Source of the DNA: Lophium mytilinum
Taxonomy: Eukaryota
Reading direction: 5' to 3'
Length of the DNA stretch: 64,000 nt
NCBI GenBank assembly: GCA_010093605.1
Contig: MU004195.1
Coordinates: 558,001-622,000 of the forward strand
Made by a program: the position numbers and the translations under genes. Under the pieces are notes generated by a model that saw only the letters and a list, made by a program, of their open reading frames with translations, had not been told where the DNA came from and did not search any database. Position 1 is the first letter of the stretch. Each line of letters begins with the position of its first letter. Shown here piece by piece: positions 12,479 through 23,100 of the stretch.

Positions 12479-13354
12479 ATGTCTTCCCAGTCCCCAGTCG
12501 AGGCTCCAGAGCATGTCCTCCGACTCCTATCCCAGCTCCATAAAGTTTCCTTGGAGCAAGAAGCCACCATTACCAAAACCGGCAAGGTCACCTATTCGGG
12601 CGTCATTGACGAGTTAAAGGAAAGCCAACCAGACCGCGCCCCGAAAAGCGAGTTCGACACAATCATGCTTGACAAATTCATTGCTCTCGACGAGGACAAA
12701 TGCCACTTTGTATACCAGCTGATCAATGCCACTGGGGCCACGAACGTCGTCGAGGCAGGGACTAGTTTCGGGGTTAGCACGATCTACCTCGCGCTTGCGG
12801 TTGCGAAGACGAAAGCTGCTACTGGGAAGTCGGGAACGGTGATTGCTACGGAGAAAGAGCTGCAAAAGGCGGAGACGGCGAGGAAGTATTGGAAGCAGTG
12901 TGGGGAGGTGGTGGAAAGAGAGATTGATTTGAGAGTTGGAGATTTGCTTGAGACGCTGAAGGTGGATCTACCTGAAGTGGACCTGCTGCTGCTTGATAGT
13001 AAGTTAAAGCACCCTTCAAACCCCTTCACATGAGCCGACTTCAATTTGAAGAGACTTCAAGTTCGAACTGCTCCCTTTCACCCCAATACCAACTACACTT
13101 TCACATACTATATCGGGAAGCTGTCTAACGTGTTATACCTAGTATGGTCGGTGCTTGCTCTTCCAACACTCAAGACCGTTTTGCCCAAGCTCAGGTACGG
13201 TGCCGTTGTTCTTGCGGACAATACCATATCAGGCGCGAAAGGCTACGCAGACCTGCTAGCATTCCTACGGGCTCCGGAAAATGGCTTTCAGAACACGACT
13301 CTACCGTACACCAACGGCTTCGAGATGAGTGTGTACCTACCTAGAACGAAGTAG
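12479..13354 (+). CDS. Class I SAM-dependent O-methyltransferase (Methyltransf_3/24-like); intron 12999-13142
   Basis: NVVEAGTSFGVSTIYLA motif I, VIATE, LRVGDLLETL, and LLLLD|IW...GAVVLADN. Confidence 0.9.
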
Positions 13355-13740
13355 CTATAATGAGAGATTAGCCGGTGATAGTGGTCTGCTCTTCTGGTTC
13401 TATGGTTCTATGCAGCTGCATCCCTGCTCTACAAGGGGGTGTAAGATTCGCGAGTAGATAAAGTAGAAAGTGGGTGATGCATGACTATGTACGCAATCAT
13501 TATCGTTTATTCTTGATTGCTACGTCTTTTACAATGCTATAGTGAGTTTAAAATAGGTTGCTTCGACAGTGTAGGCTATTTGGTGCAAAATGCGGAGATA
13601 AAGCTCGCAAGAATGCCGACCAATGACGGCATGACGCCAAAGACGCCTCCTCCACCTTAGCCGCCAAAAGCAACCTTGATACCTCTATCCACCTCCTCCC
13701 ACCGCGGCCAGCTGCCCATCTTCACAACCCAAATCCCATC

Positions 13741-15172
13741 ATGGCCCCCGCTGGACTGCTCAATTCCTTCCTCGCTGCCATCCAGGCTAGCTTGTCTGTC
13801 TTACTGGTCGTATTCTATGGCGTACTCACCGCGAAGTTCAAGCTGCTGGACGGCTCGACCGGCAAGACGATATCGAAAGTATGCGTGAAAGTCTTTCTTC
13901 CAGCTCTCCTTCTTACCAAGATCGGGTCTGAGCTGCACGCCGGCTCTGCGCAACGCTATCTCATTATTCTCATATGGGCGTTCATCTGTCACATTATCTC
14001 GTTCCTAATTGGCATCTCCGCACATCTGCTCCTAAAATTCCCAGATTGGATCACTGCCGCCATCATGTTCAACAATACCACATCGTATCCCCTCCTCTTG
14101 ATTGTATCGCTGGACGAAACTGGAATCTTAAGCAATCTCGTTGTAACCGACGAATCATCCAAAGCCGCCATTGAACGAGCGAAATCATATTTCCTCGTCT
14201 TCGCCACCGTCTCGAGCTGCCTCACTTTCGCCGTTGGCCCCCGGTTGATGGACTCGGAGCACGCATACGAGCCGGATACAGACGACAAAGACTCCTCGGA
14301 CGAAATTGAGGACGACGAAGCTATCTCTCCCACACATGAAACGGAGCAGACGTCCCTCCTACGCGTACCCGACCAAATCCGCCGCAGGAGTTCTGCCGTT
14401 CCCACAACCTTCTTTCCTACTCGGCAGCGGGAAGGCTCCACGAAAGCCAGCTTCGATCGGCGTCCCTCATACATTCCCAAGCGCCGTTGGTACAACTTCG
14501 GCCCGCGGACGCAGTGGTGGCTACTCTTCCTTTATGACTTCCTCAACGCACCTCTCCTCGGTGCCGTGGCCGGCGCGATTATCGGTCTCGTCCCACCACT
14601 CCACCGCGCCTTCTTCTACGACACGTATGAGGGCGGCATCTTCAGCGCCTGGCTGACCGCGTCCTTCAAGAGCATTGGGCAGCTTTTCGTACCGCTACCC
14701 CTACTCGTAGCAGGCGTATCGCTGTATCTATCTCGCGTCGCGGCCAACTCGCCAGATGGGCCCCGGGAAGCTAAATTGCCCTGGCTCACGACGCTCTTCG
14801 TACTAGTCATCCGCTTCGTAGTGTGGCCTGTGGCATCGATTTCCGTCATTTATGCGCTAGCGAGTAAGACGAACATACTAGGAGATGATCCGATGTTGTG
14901 GTTTACGATGATGCTGATGCCGACGGGGCCGAGCGCGATGAAGTTGATTACGATGGTGCAGGTGAGCGATGCGGATGAGGCGGATGAGCATAAGATTGCG
15001 AAGATTTTGACGGTGAGTTACTAGTTTTTCTTCTGCTTGTTAGAGACGCTTAGCGTAGTAAATATGGACGAAAATGCTGACCTGGCAACAGATATCCTAT
15101 GCTATATCACCATTCCTCGCATTTACGGTCGTAGGTGCATTGCGAGCGAGCGTAGCTGCAATTGGTTCGTAA
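13741..15172 (+). CDS. Auxin efflux carrier family (PILS-like) membrane transporter; intron 15013-15091
   Basis: KVFLPALLLTKIGSEL, FNNTTSYPLLL, FLNAPLLGA, LVIRFVVWP, DDPMLWFTMMLMPTGPSAM. Last exon ISYAISPFLAFTVVGAL. Confidence 0.9.
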
Positions 15173-16876
15173 AAAGAGTTGCTTCTGGAAAAACTACAAA
15201 CTACTTTCTTTCGTCTACTTGCAATGCTCGACGAAAAAGAGCCCCTTCGGAAATGAGCAGTAAGTTCGTGTGAGCGCAAAATTGTGTATATATCAAGAAT
15301 GTTCGTCTTGCTATCTCAAACCTTCAATGTAATCAAATGCAACCTCATATATTCATGTTCACATCGTGCTCCTCCAAGCTACCTGGAGAGATCTTTGTCC
15401 CTTTCTGTGACAGATCTCAAGCCGCAAATCCTCTAATAGCCGTGGAAAGAGGATCACACGCGAAAGTCACGTGCCCTTGGCAATTCCTAGGTATAAAACC
15501 ATCACATCCACTCTCTTCCCATTTTACAAAGACGCGGTCGAAGCTGAGAATGAGCAAAAAGAAGCAGAGCATGGTACGATGGCTGTGGTGCTGAGCTAGC
15601 GTGAAAACTGCTCACGCAATTGACAATGGAATCCGCTGCTTCCTTCGTTTCTTTGCCAAATACCCATGGTGATGATTATCAACTCTCTTTTTCCACTTCG
15701 ACGCATATTGCCCACTTCTACCGCTGCCTTTCTTCACTTGGCATAAAGCTTCTAATCAGCATTGTCCAAATCGACGACCAACCACAACCTCACCCACCAT
15801 TTGAATCCGCCTTCAAGGTTTATAATCCTCCCGCCGCTCAGGACCGCTCATAGTCCCGTAAGTCTCACGCTTTTGCACCTACTGCATATCGCGTTAGGGA
15901 AGACGGTTTTGCTCGCCGACTCCATGTCATGATATCTGCGGCTGAGTTTGAAAGTGCCCATCCTACAAACTAGGAAGAAAACTAACTTTTCCAGCTCTGA
16001 GGCTGCTTATATACCTGGTTCTTGACGCGGAAGAAGTCGGATTACTTAGGCACGTGAGGTGGAGAATCGATACTCCCGTCCGGACGGCAAAGTGGGCCGT
16101 CTGCTGGCCGGGGGCGGGGGTGAGGAGCAAAGGAAGGCACATGACACTCCCGAATCCACGTGATTGCCGGAGATCTGCGCTGGGGACGGAGTATAAAACC
16201 TTCTGCCCCCATGAGGTTTTGAAGGCAGAGGTTGGAGGCGGAGGCTGGCTTGAAAATCGACTGCGGGTCTTCTGATGGGTGCGTAGCTATCAGTCGATGT
16301 CTGCGCCTGGGTGTTTCAATATCGCGCGATAGATAATATAATGGGAAGAGAAGCGGGAGCCTTTTGGTGCTAAGGATTAGGTTCAATGATAAGTAGCATC
16401 TATCTTACAAGCTCATGAAATTTAACAAGCTCTATGTGTACCGGAAGGCGGCGAGCTAAAAAGGTGATAGATACCACCACTAATCCAAGCATTAAGCGGA
16501 GCGCACACAAGCACTCCGAAGATCCCTCTTCCATTGCAAGCCATAGCCACAACTGTTGCACCCCTCCGCCTCCGATCGGTCATAGGTGTTGATGTGGCAA
16601 TGCTGTTGATCCAACTCCATTACGCTGTTTCTTCGTCACTTTTGAACTACCGCCTTCTATCCCCGACCATGGAGAAAAACAGTTGAGAGAGATGAAGGTG
16701 CTTAAGTGCTCTACGACGGGCTCGCTAAGTCAGCCGGAGAACCGAAAGGCCCGCTCCAACATAACTAGCTAGGATGGATGGAGCATGTGACATCTGCGAT
16801 CTGACTGCCTTCCTCGGGCACGCTCAGGTTTGAAAATGGCCGATCGGAAGGCAGCCGAACCAGAGCTATCATTCCA

Positions 16877-17781
16877 CTACGCACAAACCCCTCGCTGAAT
16901 CTCAAATGGCCAAGCTCTATCCCGATACGCCACTGGCGTCTTCTGATCCAGCACCCAAGAGGTAGCAACGACGAAGCTGTCCAACCCTTGAATAGCTGCT
17001 AGCGGTTCCAATAGCTGGCGCTCGATGCTGTGGTCCCTATACGGCACAGTCGAGTCGGTTGGGCGTGTTATATGCACACGTAGGCTTCTCAATCCCCTCA
17101 TGCCTGCAACCACGGCCCAGGTGGACTCCCACGTGGCTTCGTCGTTGGGCACAGAGTCTGGGAATGGATGGGTGTAGTAGATCCGGCGAACGTGACAGTG
17201 GAGACGGAGAGAACGGATCGCGTGGAAAAGCTGGGGTGCGAGAAATGACGGAAGCAAGAGAAGGGCGCCGTGATGAATAGTGCTAAAGGTGTTTAGCGAG
17301 TAGAATTCTCGGATCGACTCGGCGTATCTGTGGGTAGTCAGTAACCTTGAGACTTCTGAGAGCCCCGATGAGTACGGCACTTACGCTAGTCGACAGGTCT
17401 TTGGTAGGGAGAGTAGGCCGTAGCGTCTCCTCGATCGTGATCGTGGGGATGAAGTGTAACCATAAATAACCCTTAGAGTTGAGCGACTAGAGTTATCGAC
17501 GTGGGCTAGTCTGTGTGCGTCGCCCGGCTCGCCTCTCAACACTAGACCATTGATATGCAGCCTGATTCCGATGGGAGCATGACGAAGAAATTAGACTGCG
17601 ATTGGGTTGAGAGAGGTACACTGGACGTGGCAAGGCAGGGCTCCTCTTCAGAACGGCGGAGGGGCATCCGCGATAGCCAGCGTTGTTGCTTCTCTGCATT
17701 CTCGCGCTTTATCTCGTCGTACTTTTCTTTAAAATTAGTCCCATGGGGAGGGCTTGTCGGGCTTTCGAGGACTCTCGACAT
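16877..17781 (-). pseudogene. DUF7730-type (F-box-like N-terminus) gene with a 1-nt frameshift at about 17566
   Basis: QSQSNFFVMLPSE/(I)RLHINGLVL...LLSLPKTCRLA|YAESIREFYSLNTF...WESTWAVVAGMRGLRSLRV. The frame is restored only by adding one A (GAATC to GAAATC). Intron 17328-17384. Confidence 0.7.
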
Positions 17782-20116
17782 TGCTTGTACTTGTGTAAAG
17801 GCTTACAGCAGTGTCGAGAGTGAAAGGACACGGTGTGGAGCGAGGATGTTGTGCTACTGGCGCTGATGCACCGCACTGTAGGAGCAGGGATGAGTGAAAC
17901 ATGTGACTTTAACGTATTCACGTGATAATTAGAGCTTCGCACCTCAATTAGTGTATAAAAGCTTCCAGCTTGTTGAAGAAGCAAGACGCAGGTTATGCAT
18001 GCTGAACAGCTAGCAAAAAGTAGCAACCATTGGATCCAAGGGAGTGGGTGGGGAAAATCGTGGAACACTTTCGAAGATGTTGGTGCGCTGGTGGCAGTTC
18101 AACAACCCAGAGAATTGGATGAAATCGAAGGTGGAGGTTGTTGCAGACGACGGTGCTTTATATCAACTTCGTAAGCTGATGATGCCCAAATAACTCTGTG
18201 ATAGCGGTAGATTGGCAAGAAAAGCAAGTAATGGACACCACCGATACATAGTCTACGAAGACCAGCCCAAACACCTTCCCACGCAACCACCAACATGGAA
18301 CTTTGTCTCCCTTCGAGTTAATACCCACCCACCAGCCATGAAGAGAGGAGGTAAGTCGTCCTTGATACACTCCATAGGTCCTAAGCTTCTTCGTAGTTGC
18401 TCCCGACTCTAGGGTACTTCACGTGTTCCTTCTCAACCTTGAGAAGAGACTTTAGCAAACGGAGAAGAGGTTCATATACCCGTCCCTTGGCCGCCGGATC
18501 ATAGCATCTCCGTAATGCTGGCCAATACGAGCCTTAGGAGGGGCAAGAGCACATAGCCACCACTACTTCACGTGATAAACGTTTTTTCAACCTTTGCTAG
18601 AGTATAAAACGTCTCTCTCTTTCATTTCCCTTTCGATCCCCAGGCCAGGAGAGGTCGAAAGGACATCAAAACAGACAGGCGGAGGGGTCGCGGAGTTTGG
18701 GGTATAAAATCGCTGCAGTCACTCAGTCAATGTCTGGCGCGTGGGAAGTGCCTGCAGAATCCAAAGCGAAACAGCTTCATGGAGGGCGGAAGTTGGAGTG
18801 TGCTAAGACTGACGGGTAGGTTTGATGGTGTTCGCCACCATTTCCTCTCTTTGGTAAACCTCCACGTCTCGTAGAAATTCTCTCCTTTACTCACCACAAG
18901 TGGAGCAAAGAGTGCATCCACCCTCATTCATCCCGTTTACCATCACTAGGCGAACCCCTTCTCTATCATCGCCGACGCCGTTCGTCCCACCCAATCTCCC
19001 TAGACGACACCATCGGACAGTTCTTGTTGTTACTTCGCACGGCCCCTCCCCTCCCACCATTGGGGAATCTGACGAGAGTTTGTACACCCAGCGCCATTGC
19101 ACAGTGATCTTGCTCTGGCTGATCCACACCCACCACCATTGTGCTCGGTTCAAGATCTGAGTCGAACAAACACACACATCGAGGCGTGATCTATCGCGAT
19201 TTTGATCCAATCTTCCACTCCTGCACTCCTCCCACCATAGAAATGTTCTGCAAGTACTTTTGAACACCCACACCCATAGCACACGTCTGCTTCGTGGTTT
19301 TGATCCACACCACCCAACTTTCCACCCATGAGTCCGCGAAAAGGTAGGTTTTCGAAGAACCACACAGCCATCGGGCTGTCTAACATGGCCTCGCCAGACC
19401 CGCCATCAGTTTCATCTCTGTCCCGGGTTGAAACCCAAGACTCCACCTCCCTGATGTATGACAAGGAGATGTCGAGGACGGCGTTTTATACCCAGAAGAA
19501 ATCCAATCCTTGGCAAGGGCGTGCTGGGCACGTGAACGAGCCACCGGCGCGTGATAAAAGGTCGCACAGGACGCCTCAGGCATCGGGGGAACGGTGGGTA
19601 GTACGAACAGGGTCGAGAAATCGGACCGTTCAACCGTGTCACAGACGAGACAGACACCAAAGAATGAATAAAGTAGACAACACAACCAGCCCAATCAATA
19701 TTAAATCTATACCCCAGATCCACCCCCTACCCCTCATCTGCCCTAATAAAAGAATGAAGAGTATAATACAACATCACCACCCACACCCATAGCGAGTGCC
19801 CGGGCCCTTCCCCAGAGACAGCAAAAGAGTTTAGTAAGAGCAATAGCAACCAAGCAGGCGATCCGCATCGAGCCAACCGCACCACCACGAAGAGAAAAAA
19901 TCGAGTCCGAGAGACAGAACTGCAAAAAGGGAACTTTTTATACAACAGACCCCCAACCCATGATGAGTGATGACAAGACGAAAGAAAAGAGCTACGAGGC
20001 AAGGGAGGTATAATCCCGCACCCGCGGCCACAGCCTAGAAACACTGCCGGAACGCCTGTACCCAACTGAAGTCGACACAACTCAACCTCGCTAATATGAT
20101 GAGTAGTGGGGCGTGA

Positions 20117-23100
20117 TTACGAGCCCTGCGCCATAACATCAATATACCGCCCACCCTTCTTCTTATTCCGCTTCACAGTTCCGCCGGCTCTCGCCTGGGG
20201 CGCGCCGATCAGATCCTCGATACTACTCGCGGTGCTCATGCCCGTGCCCGGCCGAGAGGGCGGGCCACTCCCCGCGGGCAAGCTCGGCGGCATTAGCGTC
20301 GGCGGCAGCATCAACCCCTCGCCCTCCGCTCCCGGTGTGCCCACTCGTGCGGGTGTCCCCGCGCGACTCCCCGGCGCAGACGGCGGTGGCATGCTCGAAC
20401 TCCTCTGGTTGGGAGTGGAGGTAGGTGGGCGTGAGCTCGGCACGGAATACGAGTGCGGGAGGCTCGAGCCCAGCTGGCCAAGCGCATGATTCGCAGTGAC
20501 GTTGTTTCCGCTGACACTCCTGCTCGGGGGTCCGCTCTTGGGGGGCGGCGGGGTGGCCCTCGCCGCAGAAGGCGCATCGCTCCCACCCGCTTTCTTGTTG
20601 ATCCATTTGCCTAGATCGGCGTCGTAGACGAAGCTGTTCTCCTCGCCGAGCTTGGCCTTGATAGGGGCGGGTGCGGCGTTGGGGTCTTTCTTGAACCAGC
20701 CGGAAATCCAGCCACCTTTTGGAGCGGCTTTCTTGTCTTTCGCGGCGTCGGCCTCAGCGGCTTTGCGGAAGGCCTCGTCAGCCTTTTTGTCCGCCTCCGA
20801 CTTTTGTTTCTTCTTGAGGTCGGCGGCGCGACGGGCCAACTCGTCGTCTTCGTCGTCATCCATAAAGGACTTCTTCTTTTCGAGGACGGGAGAGGCGGAC
20901 TCGGCGTCGGGTTGGTAGGGCTCGTATGCGGGTGGTTCATAGGAGCTTGCGGGGGGCTCGTAGGCCATGGAGTTGGATTCGTAGCCCACTGGGGAGCGGT
21001 CTCCTGAAGGTGGACCCGAATGCTGTTGGAGAGGCTGATAGCCGGAGCCAGGTTCCGTCTCTTCTACTAGAGGGGCAGGCTGGTATGGATTCGCGTACGG
21101 TGTGTGCATGGATGTGACTTCTGGAGCGTTCGGCGAGTACAAAGACTGCGAGCGAGGCATTGCTGCGCGTTGAGGCGGGGACATAACACCTGGAGTGTAC
21201 GCGTTGACTAGCTGGGGAGACGGCATATAGTTTTCAGAGGCGCGTCGGAAACCTTGGGAGCCGTCCGAAGATTCCATCGATGGCCGGCTACCCTGGTATG
21301 GTGATTGGGCTTGAGGATCATACCGAGATCTTGGCTGCTCCGAGGACCCTCGAGGTGCTGCGGAAGTTCCTGGGGCGTATCTCGAGTTTGGTAAACCGGT
21401 TGTAGGAGGGGCACCAGGATATGCGCCGTATGTTCCATATATATCTGCATTGGATTGCACTGGACTTATTGCAGGCGTATTGCCTCCAATCCTAGCGAAA
21501 GGTCCGGCTTCCGCAGGTCCGTTGCCCGAGTGATTAGACACAGCATCGCTCTCGTCTCCAGCGACAAAGCTAGTGAATTTCGCGAAGAAGGATCCTGAGA
21601 CCTTGTCCATGCTTGGCTTGGAGATCCATGATGATGATCCATCCTTTGGAGAATGCGACAGCCGCTTAGTCAGATCTTCGAGAAGCATGATGAAGCTGTT
21701 GTTGTAGTAGGGCGAGACCCTTGTAGTAGCCTTGATAGCAGCGCCAATGGCATCGCAGTAATGTTGTGCTTCGCTGCGATAACCATACTCAGCCAGGGTG
21801 AAAGCGTGAGCTAGCTTGTAGTTTTGTAGGTGCGGTACGACAGCGGCACTCGGAGCGTGCAATGATAGGGCATATTCATAAATCTCGGTCAACATGACAG
21901 GCTCCAAGTCTTTTCCAATGCTCTCGGGGTTGGCTCGATGATCAGCTCCTACCAACACAAAATCGGACTGGGGATCGTCGAGGCCTCCAAAGTAAGCGGT
22001 AGATCGGGAAAACATGAAGCAAATGTGAGCTGCTTCGATGCGACCGTATCCAGCGAGCAACCTTCCAAGGGAGAGTAGTGCCTGCACGTCCCCTTCGCTT
22101 CGGTTGCTGAGGATAAGGAGGAGAGACTCCTGCCATCGGTCTAGGCCCTGGAGTGCATTCCTGGGCGCGCCATTTGCATCGGTGCTCATCATTTGGAAAC
22201 CTGCCCTCGCGGATGCGGGGACAAGCTCATCGATACAATCCTCCCAGTTTCCGGCAAATACTTCATACAGCACCGCCAAGGCCTGGGTATTTCCACCGAT
22301 TTTCTTCACCTCGTTTCGGACAAATTCTTGGACAACCTGCTTCCAGACTGACTTATCGAGAGTAGACGATAAAAGCATGGCATGAGCCCACAGACGCTGG
22401 TCGACAGCATGCCATACAGCCTTCTCGCGGTCTCCCCTTGTGAGAAGAGTTCGAAGCTCATCGACTGCTTTAGGGTCGATGGGCTCCGCTTGAACGTTTG
22501 TTGATGCCGATCGTGCTCGTCCGACTATGTCTGCAGCAGTGGAATATGAAGGAGTTGGCGGCTCTGATGAGTCCTCCACGCCGTGAGGGGACAGCACCTT
22601 CCGAACAGCTTGTTCGACGGCTGGATTTCCTTCTAATAGTCCGTCGTTGTCGACGAAAATTTGCATCACCTTCCACAGCAAGATTTTCTCCTCAAAGCGT
22701 TTCAGCTCTGCAGGGCTCATTGCGCGTTCCACGGCGGGGTTCTTGAAGTATGTCTCGAAAGCGCCGATCTTTCCAGCCAGCCATGTCGAAACCTCCTTCT
22801 TCTTGCTCTTGGCTTTGAGAGGACCAGGGAATTTGGCAACATCTTCAGTAAGAGGACACGCCTCCTTCACACTTTGAATTCTGACCTCACCAGCATTGGC
22901 TTTCATCATCGGGGATGCACTTCCGGTACCGTATCGTGGAACGTACTTGGGGAAGCTGGTGACAACAGTGCCTCCCACTCCCCATTGGAAGATTGGGTGG
23001 CCTTTCCATCGCTGCAGAGGATCAGCCGCGCGATCATCCGTGGGCTGGATGAAGTCGAAGTCGCGCGAGAATTGACGTCTATGGGGAATAATGGAAGCAA

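Noticed and set aside
15669..15950. GTGATGA box C-like motif, possible C/D snoRNA
   Set aside because: The nearest CTGA is about 270 nt away and there is no terminal stem.
19960..20069. ATGATGA...CTGA pair, possible C/D snoRNA
   Set aside because: No terminal stem or recognisable rRNA guide. It lies antisense to the SEC16 3' UTR and is likely chance.
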